64,000 bases of DNA from an uncultured delta proteobacterium. Lineage in GTDB: Bacteria; Myxococcota_A; Polyangia; Fen-1088. The notes beneath the pieces were generated by a model, which worked only from the letters and a program-made list of their open reading frames with translations, was not told the origin of the DNA and did no database searches. The DNA lies in contig CAVYGB010000008.1 in assembly GCA_963767925.1 (NCBI GenBank), positions 2,496,001-2,560,000 of the forward strand, given 5' to 3'. The position numbers and the translations under genes were made by a program. Positions 53,841-63,609 of this stretch are shown here, piece after piece. The stretch's first letter is position 1, and every line of letters begins with the position of its first letter.

Positions 53841-54413
53841 ATGAGGTCGGCGGCCGTCCCGCTCCTGGTCGGGCTCGCGCTGCAGGTCGGCTGTTACACC
53901 GGCGCGGCCCGCTCGGTCTCGCCCCGGGAGATCGCCCGCGATCCGAGCTGGCTGCTGGTGCGCGACGTCCCCTTCGCCCGGCAGGAGGGGGACAAGGACT
54001 GCGGCGCCGCCGCGCTGGCCATGGTGCTGCAGCACTGGGGGCTGCCCGTGTCGGGCGCGGAGGTGCGCGCGGCCCACCCCGGCAGCGGCGCGCGGGGGCT
54101 GCGGGCGGGCGAGCTGCGCGACTTCTCCCGGGCCCGCGGGCTGGAGGCCTTCGTGATCGAGGGCCAGATCGCCGACATCACCCGCGAGCTCGAGCGGGCC
54201 CGCCCGGTCATCGTCGGCCTGGGCAAGCCCCACGCCGGGAAGGTCTACGCCCACTACGAGGTGGTGGTGGGCCTGCACCGGGCGCGCCGCCGGATCTTGA
54301 CCCTCGACCCGGCCCGGGGCTGGCGGGAGAGCTCCCTGGAGGGGTTCGCCGCCGAGTGGGCTCCGGCCCGGCAGCTCCTTCTGGTGGTGTTCCGGCTGGC
54401 CGGCCGTGGTTAG
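53841..54413 (+). CDS. Stand-alone C39-family cysteine peptidase, lipoprotein
   Basis: LALQVGC lipobox; VPFARQEGDKDCGAAALAMVL (Q-x5-C), AHYEVVVG, LDPARG. Confidence 0.88.
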   Translation: MRSAAVPLLVGLALQVGCYTGAARSVSPREIARDPSWLLVRDVPFARQEGDKDCGAAALAMVLQHWGLPVSGAEVRAAHPGSGARGLRAGELRDFSRARGLEAFVIEGQIADITRELERARPVIVGLGKPHAGKVYAHYEVVVGLHRARRRILTLDPARGWRESSLEGFAAEWAPARQLLLVVFRLAGRG

Positions 54414-54421
54414 CTGCCGCC

Positions 54422-55321
54422 ATGAGCTCGCCGCCCGCCCGCCTGCCTGCTGTCCATGCCGCCGCCGCCGCTCTGCTCGTGCTGACCACCGTCGCGCCGA
54501 CCGCGGCGCGGGCCGAGCCCCCGGCCGGTCTGACCGCCCAGGTCGTCGTGGATCGGATCCGCAGCAAGGTGGCCTGTCCGCGCAAGCGCCCCGACACGGT
54601 CGATACCTTCAAAGCCGGCGAGCCGGGCCAGCGGGTCACCGGGATCGCCACCACCTTCGCCGCCACCTGGGACGTCCTGGCCCGCGCCGCGGCCAGCGGC
54701 AAGAACCTCATCGTCGCCCACGAGCCGACCTTCTACGATCACCGCGAGGACACGAAGGCGATCGAGGGGGACGCCGTCCTGGAGGCCAAGCGCGCCTTCC
54801 TGAAGAAACACGGGATCGCCGTGTGGCGCTTTCACGATCTCGTCCACTGCCGGCAGCCCGACGGGATCCTCGAGGGCATGGTCGAGGCCCTCGGCTGGCA
54901 GCGCCAGCAGCGGCCGGGCACACCAGCTACCTTCACCCTGCCGGCGACGACGGTGCGGGAGCTCGCCGCCGAGCTCCGGCGCAAGCTGGGGGCGCGGGCG
55001 GTCCGGGTGGTCGGCAAGCTGGACGCGCGGGTGACCCGGGTCGGGCTCATGCCCGGCGCGTCCGACGCGCCCGCGCAGATCCGCACGCTGGCGCGGCCGG
55101 ACGTCGAGGTGCTGGTGGCCGGCGAGAGCCGGGAATGGGAGACCGTGGAGTACGCCCGGGATGCGGCGGCGCAGGGCAAGAACAAGGCCCTCATCCTGCT
55201 CGGGCACGTGCCGTCGGAGGAGAGCGGCATGGCGGCCATGGCGCGCTGGCTGGCCACCTTCATCGACGAGGTCCCGATCGCGTTCCTCCCGGCCGGAGAC
55301 CCCTTCCAGCCCGTCGAGTGA
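54422..55321 (+). CDS. Nif3-like dinuclear metal protein with signal peptide
   Basis: TVDTFKAG, VTGIATT, HEPTFY, RFHD, GESREWE, LGHVPSEE. Confidence 0.88.
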   Translation: MSSPPARLPAVHAAAAALLVLTTVAPTAARAEPPAGLTAQVVVDRIRSKVACPRKRPDTVDTFKAGEPGQRVTGIATTFAATWDVLARAAASGKNLIVAHEPTFYDHREDTKAIEGDAVLEAKRAFLKKHGIAVWRFHDLVHCRQPDGILEGMVEALGWQRQQRPGTPATFTLPATTVRELAAELRRKLGARAVRVVGKLDARVTRVGLMPGASDAPAQIRTLARPDVEVLVAGESREWETVEYARDAAAQGKNKALILLGHVPSEESGMAAMARWLATFIDEVPIAFLPAGDPFQPVE

Positions 55322-55354
55322 CCGCAGCGGCGGCGGCGCCGGCTCGTACGTGCC

Positions 55355-55386
55355 TTGACAGGCATATGCCCTCCGAGGCATATACA
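55355..55386 (+). promoter_or_regulatory. Promoter with overlapping inverted repeat (likely ArsR operator)
   Basis: TTGACA at 55355-55360; ATATGCC-N6-GGCATAT at 55364-55383, just before the ArsR start. Confidence 0.65.
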
Positions 55387-55392
55387 GCACCG

Positions 55393-55743
55393 ATGGTGAG
55401 CGCGTTCGAAGTGGTGGCCGAGGCCAACCGGCGCCGGATCCTCGATCTCCTGCGGGAAGGCCCGCACTCGGTGGGGGAGATCGGGACCCGGCTCCGGCTC
55501 AACCAGCCCGCCGTCTCCAAGCACCTGCGGGTGCTGCGGCAGGCGCGCCTGGTGGCGATGGAGGTGGACGCCCAGCGGCGGCTGTACCAGCTCCGGGCCG
55601 AGCCGTTGCGCGAGCTGGAGGCCTGGCTGGCCCCTTACCGGCGTTTCTGGGCCCTGCGGCTCGACGCACTTGAGCGTCACCTCGACACCATGCCGGACGG
55701 ACCGCCCCGCCCGCGCAAGCCGACGAAAGGGAGAAAGCGATGA
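55393..55743 (+). CDS. ArsR/SmtB-family transcriptional regulator
   Basis: NRRRILDLL, QPAVSKHLRVLRQARLV, QRRLY, LDALERHLD. Confidence 0.92.
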   Translation: MVSAFEVVAEANRRRILDLLREGPHSVGEIGTRLRLNQPAVSKHLRVLRQARLVAMEVDAQRRLYQLRAEPLRELEAWLAPYRRFWALRLDALERHLDTMPDGPPRPRKPTKGRKR

Positions 55744-56573
55744 GCGACGAGAACCACGGGACCCTCGAGAGCCGCGACGGCCGCCACCAGCTGCGCTACC
55801 AGCGCCGCCTGGCCCACCCGCCGCCCAAGGTCTGGCGGGCGCTCACCGAGCCGGCCGAGCAGGCGGCCTGGTTCCCCTGCGCGGTGGAGGGGGAGCGCCG
55901 GCTGGGCGCCCGCCTGCGCTTCGTCTTCACGGGGGACGAGGGACCGCCCGACGAGGGGACCATCACGGAGTGGAACCCACCCCACGCCCTGGCCTTCACC
56001 TGGGGCGAGGAGGCCTTGCGCTGGGAGCTGCGCCCGACCGACGGAGGGTGCCTCCTGACCTTCACCGCCACCTTCGACGAGCGGGCCAAGGCGCCCCGGG
56101 ACGCGACCGGCTGGCACCTGTGCCTCGACGCCCTCGCGGCCAGCCTCGGCGGGGAGGTCTCGCCCACCATCTGGGCGAAAGAGCGGGCCGCGGTGGTGAC
56201 CGCCGAATATGCCGCCCGCATCGGCATCGGCGACTTCCCGGCCTTCCTCAAGCAGCCAGCCAACCGGGTGGCGCCGGCGCCCGGGCTAGCCGCGGCCAGC
56301 GAGGGCTACCTGTTCGAGGGCGCCGAAGGGGTGCAGGTGCTCGTCGCCCGGGCCAGCGCCGACAGCGACATCCCCGAGCACGCCCTCGACTTCGACGAGC
56401 ACGTCATCGTGCTCGAGGGGAGCTACACCCTGCGCATCGGGGCCGAGAACGAGATCCGGGTCGAGCCGGGGCAGGAGCTGCTGGTCCCCCGCGGCGGCAA
56501 GGTCAGCGGCCGGGTGACCGCCGGGACCCGCACCATCCACCTCCTCGGCGGACGCAACCTCCGCCGCGGCTAG
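55740..56573 (+). CDS. SRPBCC (AHSA1-like) domain fused to cupin domain
   Basis: RRLAHPPPKVWRALTEP...GWHLCLDAL, then PEHALDFDEHVIVLEG...VEPGQELLVPRG. Confidence 0.85.
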   Translation: MSDENHGTLESRDGRHQLRYQRRLAHPPPKVWRALTEPAEQAAWFPCAVEGERRLGARLRFVFTGDEGPPDEGTITEWNPPHALAFTWGEEALRWELRPTDGGCLLTFTATFDERAKAPRDATGWHLCLDALAASLGGEVSPTIWAKERAAVVTAEYAARIGIGDFPAFLKQPANRVAPAPGLAAASEGYLFEGAEGVQVLVARASADSDIPEHALDFDEHVIVLEGSYTLRIGAENEIRVEPGQELLVPRGGKVSGRVTAGTRTIHLLGGRNLRRG

Positions 56574-56577
56574 CGCC

Positions 56578-58488
56578 CTACTCCTTCTGCAGGATCAACG
56601 CCGCCAGGCCGATCTCTCCCTCGGTGGCCCAGACCTCGAAGGCGAGGTCGGTGGCGCTGGGCTGGTCGAGCGGGAGGGGGAGCTTGCCCTCGCCGGCGGG
56701 CTGACCGTCGGCCCGGCGGACGCGCACGGAGGCAGGGCCGTCGGCGCGGGCCTCGAGGCGCCAGCGCCCCGCCGGCACCCGGACCGCCTCGATGCGGGCT
56801 GGCTCGGTGGGGCTCACGCTGGCCACCAGGCTCCCGTCGGCGCGCGCCCGCACGGTGGTGCGGGGGTTGCCCGCCAGCAGCAGGCCCGGGATCTCGATGC
56901 GGCCGGGCTGCTCGCGCAAGCCCACCCGGCCCTGGCGCCGGACCCACATCACCCCGCGCAGCACCCGGGGCGGCGGCGTCTCGAAGCGCACGAGCGTGTA
57001 GTCGACGCGGAACTCGGGCGCCGCCACCACCTCGACGCCGCTGCGGAAGCACCCCTTCTCGTCGCCGAGCGGCCCGCAGAAGAAGAGCAGGTCGGGCGCG
57101 CGGCGCAGGACATAGGCGCCGTCGCCCAGCTCGTGCCCGATCCAGCCCCGGCCAAAGTCGGGCGGAGGGTGGGTCGCCAGGTACCGGTCGTTGAGGCCCA
57201 GCAGATCGAGCGAAGGGAGCTTCGAGAAGAACGGCAGGCACCCGGCCGGGTCGGCCGCCAGCAGCGGCCGCTGCGGGCCCAGCCCCCGGCGCAGGAAGGT
57301 TCCCACCACCTCCCCCTCCCACTCCCAGCGCTCGGTGCGGCCACGGTCGATCTCCCGCTCGCCGTGCCCGGCCCACACGGTGGCCGGGACCAGCAGCGCC
57401 AGCGCGAAGGCCGGGGTCAGGCGCCGGCCGACGGGGGCCAGCCAGGCGGTGGCCTCGGCGGCGAGGAAGGCGGCCAGCACCACCAGGGCGACCAGGTGGC
57501 GGTAGGCGGGGAAGATGTCGCCGCCGATGACCGCCACGTAGGCGGTCCAGAGCAGCGTCGGGCAGAGCAGCAGGATCGCCCGGCGCCGGCGCCCGCGCAC
57601 GGCCAGCATCCCGACCCCGAGCGCCAGCCCGACCGGGAGGACCGGCAGCGCCCGGGCTCCGGCCTCCAGGTAGTGCAGCCCGCCGAGCAGGCGGACCGAC
57701 GAGAAGCCCACCTTGGCGTGGGCCGTGTTGGGCACCCAGTCCCCGTAATAGAAGACGCGGAAGACGAGCTGCGCCCCCACCGCCAGGACGGGCAGCAGGG
57801 CCAGAGTGAGGATCAGGCGCACCGTCTTGCCGCCGAGGGGCCGCACCAGCAGCAGGGCCAGGCCGAGGGCGGCCGCGAACAGCACGCCGTCGGGCCGGGT
57901 GATGCCCAGCAGGGCCAGCGGCAGGCCGGCCAGCAGCACCCGGCGCCGGCTCGGGGAAACCTCCGGGTCGGCCAGCGGGAGGGCGAGGGCCAGCGCCCAG
58001 GCCAGCAGGCCGGCGAGCAGCGCCTGCTCGAGCCCCCCGATGGCCCACACCGCGATCGGCCCCGAAGCGGCGACGACAAGACCGCCGACCGCCGGGGCGA
58101 GCAGGTCGCGCGCCCGCCGGGGCCAGTGGGCGAAGAACAGGGCGGCGATCACCGCGGCCATCGCAGCGGTCCCCAGCAGGCGGGCCGCGAGGATCAGGTC
58201 GCCGCCCGCGAAGGGGGCCAGCCCGGCGACTCCCAGCACCCAGAGCAGGTTCGAGTAGCCCTCCACCCGCTCGCCATCGGTCCAGGTCAGCCCCTGCCCC
58301 GCGAGCAGCCGCTCCGAGTAGCGCAGGGAGATGAGCGCGTCGTCGGCGATGAAGGGGAGGAAGGCGCGAGCGTGCAGGACCAGCACGACGAGGATGCCGG
58401 CGAGCAGGAGCAGGGCCGAGACGGTGAGGGCGCGGGAGCGGGAGGCCCCCGACGAGGTGGCCAGGGGATGGCGGTCCGCCGGGTTCAC
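56578..58488 (-). CDS. GT-C-fold membrane glycosyltransferase-like protein (start uncertain)
   Basis: DDALISLRYS, GERVEGYSNLLW, GGLEQ, TRPDG, YYGDWVPNTAHAK, GGDIFPAYRH, DLLGLND; many TM helices. Confidence 0.78.
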   Translation of the reverse strand: MNPADRHPLATSSGASRSRALTVSALLLLAGILVVLVLHARAFLPFIADDALISLRYSERLLAGQGLTWTDGERVEGYSNLLWVLGVAGLAPFAGGDLILAARLLGTAAMAAVIAALFFAHWPRRARDLLAPAVGGLVVAASGPIAVWAIGGLEQALLAGLLAWALALALPLADPEVSPSRRRVLLAGLPLALLGITRPDGVLFAAALGLALLLVRPLGGKTVRLILTLALLPVLAVGAQLVFRVFYYGDWVPNTAHAKVGFSSVRLLGGLHYLEAGARALPVLPVGLALGVGMLAVRGRRRRAILLLCPTLLWTAYVAVIGGDIFPAYRHLVALVVLAAFLAAEATAWLAPVGRRLTPAFALALLVPATVWAGHGEREIDRGRTERWEWEGEVVGTFLRRGLGPQRPLLAADPAGCLPFFSKLPSLDLLGLNDRYLATHPPPDFGRGWIGHELGDGAYVLRRAPDLLFFCGPLGDEKGCFRSGVEVVAAPEFRVDYTLVRFETPPPRVLRGVMWVRRQGRVGLREQPGRIEIPGLLLAGNPRTTVRARADGSLVASVSPTEPARIEAVRVPAGRWRLEARADGPASVRVRRADGQPAGEGKLPLPLDQPSATDLAFEVWATEGEIGLAALILQKE

Positions 58489-58705
58489 GAAGCCCGGGAC
58501 ACTAACACTGTCGCCGGCCGACCCGGCAAGACCGGGGACACCATCGCGACGCGCAAGCCGGTGACCCAGGGCGGGCCCCGAGGGGGGCGCCTTGACCGCG
58601 GCGGAAGGCGCGTGCGATAGCAACGGCTGGTCGTGCCCCCTGGCAGCGGCCCGGCTGTTTCTTCCTGATCCTGCTGGCCGCTCTTTCCCCCGGATTGGAG
58701 GCTCC

Positions 58706-61700
58706 ATGAACGGAGCACACCCTGGCGCTCCCCGCTCGCGACGGCGATCCTGCTCCCACCTCGTCCTCCTGCTGGCCGGAGCGGCGACGCTCCTCGGGGC
58801 CTGCTCCGGGGCCGACACCACCGGGCGGTTCGTCCCCCGGGCCGACCCGCTGGCGACCCAGCCGGGGACGTTGCCCGCCGCCGCCCCGGAGGTCTCCGTC
58901 GTCACCTTGATCACGGGTGACCGGGTGAACCTGGCGCGAGGGGCCGCCGGCGAGGCGGTGATCTCGGTCAAGCCGGGGCCCGGGCGCGAGGACATCGGCT
59001 TTTACGCCCGCACCCGCGACGAGGCCGGCGGCGAGGCGGTCACCGTCATCCCGAGGGACGCCCTCGCGCTGGTCGGCGCGGGACTGCTCGACCCGGCGCT
59101 GTTCGACGTCAGCGGCCTGATCCGCCAGGGATACGACGACGAGAACGCCCCCGGCTTGCCGGTCATCGTGACCGGCGCCGGCTCGATGCCGGCGGCCCTG
59201 GCCGCCAGCGGGGCGCAACCGATCCGCCGGCTCGAGAGCATCGGGGGCGACGCGGCGGTGGCGGACAAGCAGGAGGTGGGCGGCTTCTGGCGCTGGATCA
59301 CCGACACCCTGCCCGCCTCGGCGCTGCCCGGGGCCCTGCCGGCCGCCCCGATCCGGGTCTGGCTCGACACGCGCGCGACCCTGCTGCTCGATCAGAGCGC
59401 CGCCCTGATCGGCGCGCCCGAGGTGTGGAGCGCCGGCCTCACCGGCCTGGGCGTCACCGTGGCGGTGCTCGACACGGGCATCGCCGCCGATCACCCCGAC
59501 CTGGCCGGCAAGGTGATCGAGGCTGTCGATTTTACCGGCACCCGCCCGGACGCCAGCGACAACGTCGGCCATGGCACCCACGTCGCCGGCATCGTGGCCG
59601 GCACGGGCGCCGCCTCGGGCGGGCGCTACCGGGGCATCGCCCCCGACGCCTCCCTGATCGTCGGCAAGGTGTGCAGCAACCAGAGCTGCACCGCCTCGGC
59701 GATCATCGCGGGGATGGAGTGGGCCGCGCCCCGCGCGCGGATCGTCAACCTGAGCCTCGGCTCGGGCCCGACCGATGGGACCGACCCGCTCTCGCAGGCG
59801 GTCGACGCGCTCACCGCCCAGCACGGGACGCTCTTCGTCGCCGCCGCGGGCAACTCCGGTGCGGCCCAGACCGTCGGGGCCCCGGCCGCCGCCGACGCCG
59901 CCCTGGCGGTGGCCAGCATCGACAAGAACGGCGCGCCCAGCGCCTTCTCCAGCCGGGGGCCGCGCCTGGGCGACCAGGCGGTCAAGCCCGACCTCACCGC
60001 GCCGGGCGGGGCCATCGTGGCGGCCCGGGCCCGGGGCACGCCCAACGGCGACTCCGCCCCGATCGGCGACAGCTACGTCCGCCTGTCGGGCACCTCGATG
60101 GCCAGCCCCCACGTGGCCGGCAGCGCGGCCCTCCTCGCCCAGCAGCACCCGGACTGGAAAGCCGCCGAGCTCAAGGCCGCGCTGCTCAGCGCCGCCCGCC
60201 CGGTCGAGGGCGCCCATGTCGTCGCGACCGGGGTGGGCCGGGTCGATCTCGTGCGCGCCACCTCGCAGCGGGTGACCGCCAGCGGCAGCGTCAGCTTCGG
60301 CCTCCTCCCCTGGCCCCACAACGCACCCTCGCTGACCCGGACGATCACCTACCGGAACCAGGGCGACAGCGCGGTGACCCTCGACCTCACCCTCGCGGCC
60401 AGCGCGGCGGACGGGCTGCCGGCGCCGGCGGGCCTGTTCGCGGCCAACCCGCCCCGGGTCACCGTCCCGGCCGGGGGCACGGCGGACGTGGCCCTCACCG
60501 TGACGCCCCAGGCCCGCCGGGCCGGGCTGTACGGCCTCATCGTCTCGGCCAGCGACGGCACCAACCGGGTCGTCAGCGCGGCCACCGTGTACCAGGAGCC
60601 CGAGCAATACGACCTCACCATCCAGGCCATCGATCGCAACGGCGAGCCCCCCTCCTGGGCCTTCGGGTTCGTGATCGAGACCGCGACCGGGCAGTCCTAC
60701 TCGGTGAACCACCCTGCCGGCCCCATCAAGCTGCGTCTGCCCCGCGGCCAGTACGACATCAGCACCTTCCTCACGGGGGTCGAGGGGGACATCGCCGCCA
60801 CCCGCCCCCAGGTCGATCTCGACGGGGACACCGAGGTCACCCTCGACGGCCGGCTCTCGAAGACCCTCGGCGTGACGGTCGACCGGCCCGACGCGGCCCT
60901 CACCTGGTGGAGCGTGAGCCTGCACGCGCGGGCCAGCAACGGGAGAGGGGTCACCACGGTCAAGCTGTCGGACACCCCCGTCCACGCCCTGCCGACCGAA
61001 CCGGTGACCGGACCGGCCGGGCACGTGTTCGCCCTGAACTTCCGGGCCTACCTCTTCCCGGCGCCGCGCCCCGACGGCCAGCCGGCGGCCGAGGACTACA
61101 TCTACAACCTCGTCTTTCCGCTGCATGGGGGAGTCCCCGAGGAGCTGAGCTTCCGGGTCGAGGACCGCGAGCTGGGCAAGGTCCACGCCCGGTACCACGC
61201 CCAGGGCGAGGCCACCGCCTATCGCTCCAGCGCGGGCAGCACCCCCGACGGGGCGTCGTCGTTCATCCCGATCTGGGATCAGCCGCTGCCGGGGCGCCGG
61301 CTCGAATATTACAGCGCCGGTCCCCGCTGGGAGGAGGCCTTGCAGCTTCACCCGAAGGGAGCGCCCACGATCTTCGGCGAGCGAACCCTCGGCAACACGA
61401 TCTACCAGGCGGGTGAGGAGCGCTGGGTGCGCTGGTTCAGCGCCCCCATCGGTCCCTCCTTCGGACCGGCCGCGCCCTTCTGGGGCGCCTACCGGATCAA
61501 CGACGAGATCTCGGTGTTCTTGACCCCGTTTTCACCGGCCGAGCCGGAGCACGTCACCCTCTCGCTCCGGGGCACCACCACCCTCTCGCGGGACGGCGTC
61601 GTGATCGGGACCAGCGCCAACGCCGCCTACGGCCGCTTCCGGGCGCCCCACGAGCCCGGCACCTACACCCTCGAGGCCAGCGGCACCCGGGAGGTGTCCT

Positions 61701-62107
61701 GGTCGACCCTCGGCACAGCGTTCTCCGGGACCTGGACGTTCCAGTCGGCGCCCGCCGGGGACGAAGGGCTGCACCGCCTGCCGCTCCTGCTGGTCCACGT
61801 CGCCGGACCGGTGGACAGCCACAACAGCGCGCCGGCCGGGCGACCCTATCTGCTGAGCCTGGAGGCACAGCGCCAGCCGGGCGCGCCCACCGCGGCGGTG
61901 ACCGCGCTGACCCTCGAGGTCTCCTTCGACGACGGCCAGACCTGGGAGCCCGCCCCGGTGGCGGTGGCCGGCGAGCGGGGGGTGGCGCTGGTGCACCACC
62001 CCGAGGCCCCGGGCTTCGTCTCGCTGCGGGCCAGCGCCCGGGACGCCGCCGGCAACACCGTCACCCACGCCGTCACCCGGGCCTATCGCACGCACGCAGT
62101 GCCCTGA
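58706..62107 (+). CDS. Large S8 subtilisin-like serine protease, lipoprotein
   Basis: LLGAC lipobox; VAVLDTG, HGTHVAG, AAGNSG, SGTSMASPHVAG. Confidence 0.93.
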   Translation: MNGAHPGAPRSRRRSCSHLVLLLAGAATLLGACSGADTTGRFVPRADPLATQPGTLPAAAPEVSVVTLITGDRVNLARGAAGEAVISVKPGPGREDIGFYARTRDEAGGEAVTVIPRDALALVGAGLLDPALFDVSGLIRQGYDDENAPGLPVIVTGAGSMPAALAASGAQPIRRLESIGGDAAVADKQEVGGFWRWITDTLPASALPGALPAAPIRVWLDTRATLLLDQSAALIGAPEVWSAGLTGLGVTVAVLDTGIAADHPDLAGKVIEAVDFTGTRPDASDNVGHGTHVAGIVAGTGAASGGRYRGIAPDASLIVGKVCSNQSCTASAIIAGMEWAAPRARIVNLSLGSGPTDGTDPLSQAVDALTAQHGTLFVAAAGNSGAAQTVGAPAAADAALAVASIDKNGAPSAFSSRGPRLGDQAVKPDLTAPGGAIVAARARGTPNGDSAPIGDSYVRLSGTSMASPHVAGSAALLAQQHPDWKAAELKAALLSAARPVEGAHVVATGVGRVDLVRATSQRVTASGSVSFGLLPWPHNAPSLTRTITYRNQGDSAVTLDLTLAASAADGLPAPAGLFAANPPRVTVPAGGTADVALTVTPQARRAGLYGLIVSASDGTNRVVSAATVYQEPEQYDLTIQAIDRNGEPPSWAFGFVIETATGQSYSVNHPAGPIKLRLPRGQYDISTFLTGVEGDIAATRPQVDLDGDTEVTLDGRLSKTLGVTVDRPDAALTWWSVSLHARASNGRGVTTVKLSDTPVHALPTEPVTGPAGHVFALNFRAYLFPAPRPDGQPAAEDYIYNLVFPLHGGVPEELSFRVEDRELGKVHARYHAQGEATAYRSSAGSTPDGASSFIPIWDQPLPGRRLEYYSAGPRWEEALQLHPKGAPTIFGERTLGNTIYQAGEERWVRWFSAPIGPSFGPAAPFWGAYRINDEISVFLTPFSPAEPEHVTLSLRGTTTLSRDGVVIGTSANAAYGRFRAPHEPGTYTLEASGTREVSWSTLGTAFSGTWTFQSAPAGDEGLHRLPLLLVHVAGPVDSHNSAPAGRPYLLSLEAQRQPGAPTAAVTALTLEVSFDDGQTWEPAPVAVAGERGVALVHHPEAPGFVSLRASARDAAGNTVTHAVTRAYRTHAVP

Positions 62108-62110
62108 CAG

Positions 62111-62149
62111 CCCCTCACCCACCCTCTCCCCGCTGCCGCGGGGCGAGGG
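62111..62149. repeat. CCCCTCACCC...CCCTCTCCC/GGGxGAGGG intergenic hairpin element
   Basis: CCCTCtCCCCGC-tgcc-GCGGGGcGAGGG between convergent genes; resembles a widespread REP-like motif. Confidence 0.55.
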
Positions 62150-62207
62150 CGAACAACCGGCGAAGGTGCGCCGATCAGCGTTCGAGCGAACCCGCGGGCC
62201 GCCGGGG

Positions 62208-63117
62208 TCAGGCGAGCTGGGTGCGGACCCGCTCGAGGAGCTTGCGGGTGGCGACGATGCCCTCCATCTCCGGGAGGACCTCGCCCTCGTATTCGATGCC
62301 GACGTAGCCGTGGTAGCCGGCGGCGGCGACGATCTTCATCATCTTCAGGAAGTCGGTGCGGGTCTCGTTCCCCTTCTCGTCGAAGTCGTTGGACTTCGCG
62401 CTGACCGCCTTGGCGAGCGGCATCAGCTCCTCGACCCCCTTGTAGCGGTCGTAGTCCTCGCCGGGCTTGATGGTGAAGTTGCCGAAGTCGGGCAAGGTGC
62501 CGCAGCGGGGGTGCCCGACGCTCTTGATGACCCGGGCCAGCCAGGCGCCGTTCGAGGACAGGCCCCCGTGGTTCTCCACCGTGACGTTCAGCCCGAGGGG
62601 ATCGGCCAGCTCGGTCAGCCGGCGCAGGCCGTCGGCCACCCGCCGGGCCTGCTCGTCGGGCGAGCCGTCCGACTCGGCGTTGACCCGGATACAGTGACAG
62701 CCGAGGAAGGCCGCCGCCTCCAGCCACTTCTTGTGGTTCTCGACCGCCTGCTTGCGCTTGGCCTCTTCGGCGTCACCGAGGCGCCCCTCGCCGTCAATCA
62801 TGATGAGCAGGCTCCACACCCCCTCGCCCACCGCCCGGCGCTTCATCTCGGACAGGTAGGCGCGATCGCTGGGCCTTGTCCTTGAAGAAGCTGTTGACGT
62901 ATTCGACCCCGTCGATGCCGAGGCCGTTCGCGATCTTGGCGAAGTCGAGGTGCTCGACCTTCTTGCCCTGCAGGCTCCTGTGCAGGGACCACTCGGCGAG
63001 CGAGATCTTGAAGGGCTGCTTGCGGCCGGCGGTCCCCTCCGGCGCTCCCCGTGCGGGCGCGGCCACGCCCGCCAGCGCCGTGAGGGCTCCTGCCTTGAAC
63101 AGATTGCGTCGGTGCAT
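62208..63117 (-). CDS. Sugar phosphate isomerase/epimerase (xylose-isomerase-like TIM barrel) with Tat signal; frameshift near 62872
   Basis: [25 protein letters not shown]; next frame [36 protein letters not shown]. Confidence 0.88.
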
Positions 63118-63135
63118 GGTGGGCGGAATATACCT

Positions 63136-63516
63136 TCAGCGCCCTCCCCGCGTGCGATCCAGATCGGTCAGGAAGTACGCCACATCCTGCTCGTCGAAGC
63201 CCATCTGCGCGAGCTGGCGGCCCAGATCCGGGCGCACCACCTGCCGGTAGCGGGCCTCGCCGAGCCGCTTGATCCGCTGGACGATGGGCTGCCGGATCTG
63301 CTGCAGGCGCATCACCCGGGCGGCCGGATCGTGCAGCACGTCGGGCGGCAGCGGGCGGACCTCCCGGGCGGCCCGCTCGACCTGGACGGTGTCGCTGGCG
63401 GCGGGACCAGCGGCGAGCAGGCGATCGCCGGGGGTGTTCGCGGCGGCGTGGCTGCAGGCGGCGAACGAGAGCACGCCCGCGACGGAGAGGATCTGATGAA
63501 GGCGATACGGCGACAT
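63136..63516 (-). CDS. Hypothetical lipoprotein
   Basis: AAAGGA RBS; VLSFAAC lipobox. Confidence 0.6.
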   Translation of the reverse strand: MSPYRLHQILSVAGVLSFAACSHAAANTPGDRLLAAGPAASDTVQVERAAREVRPLPPDVLHDPAARVMRLQQIRQPIVQRIKRLGEARYRQVVRPDLGRQLAQMGFDEQDVAYFLTDLDRTRGGR

Positions 63517-63609
63517 GGTGACGTCCTTTCTCGTGTTCGACTCGGTTCGAGAGAGACGTGTCTTCCCCGCCTCTCCGGTTTCACGCGAATCGACCAGATG
63601 CCGGCCGGG

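Noticed and set aside
62794..62880. Two separate genes for the TIM-barrel isomerase
   Set aside because: One extra base in a GGCCC run splits a single known-family protein.
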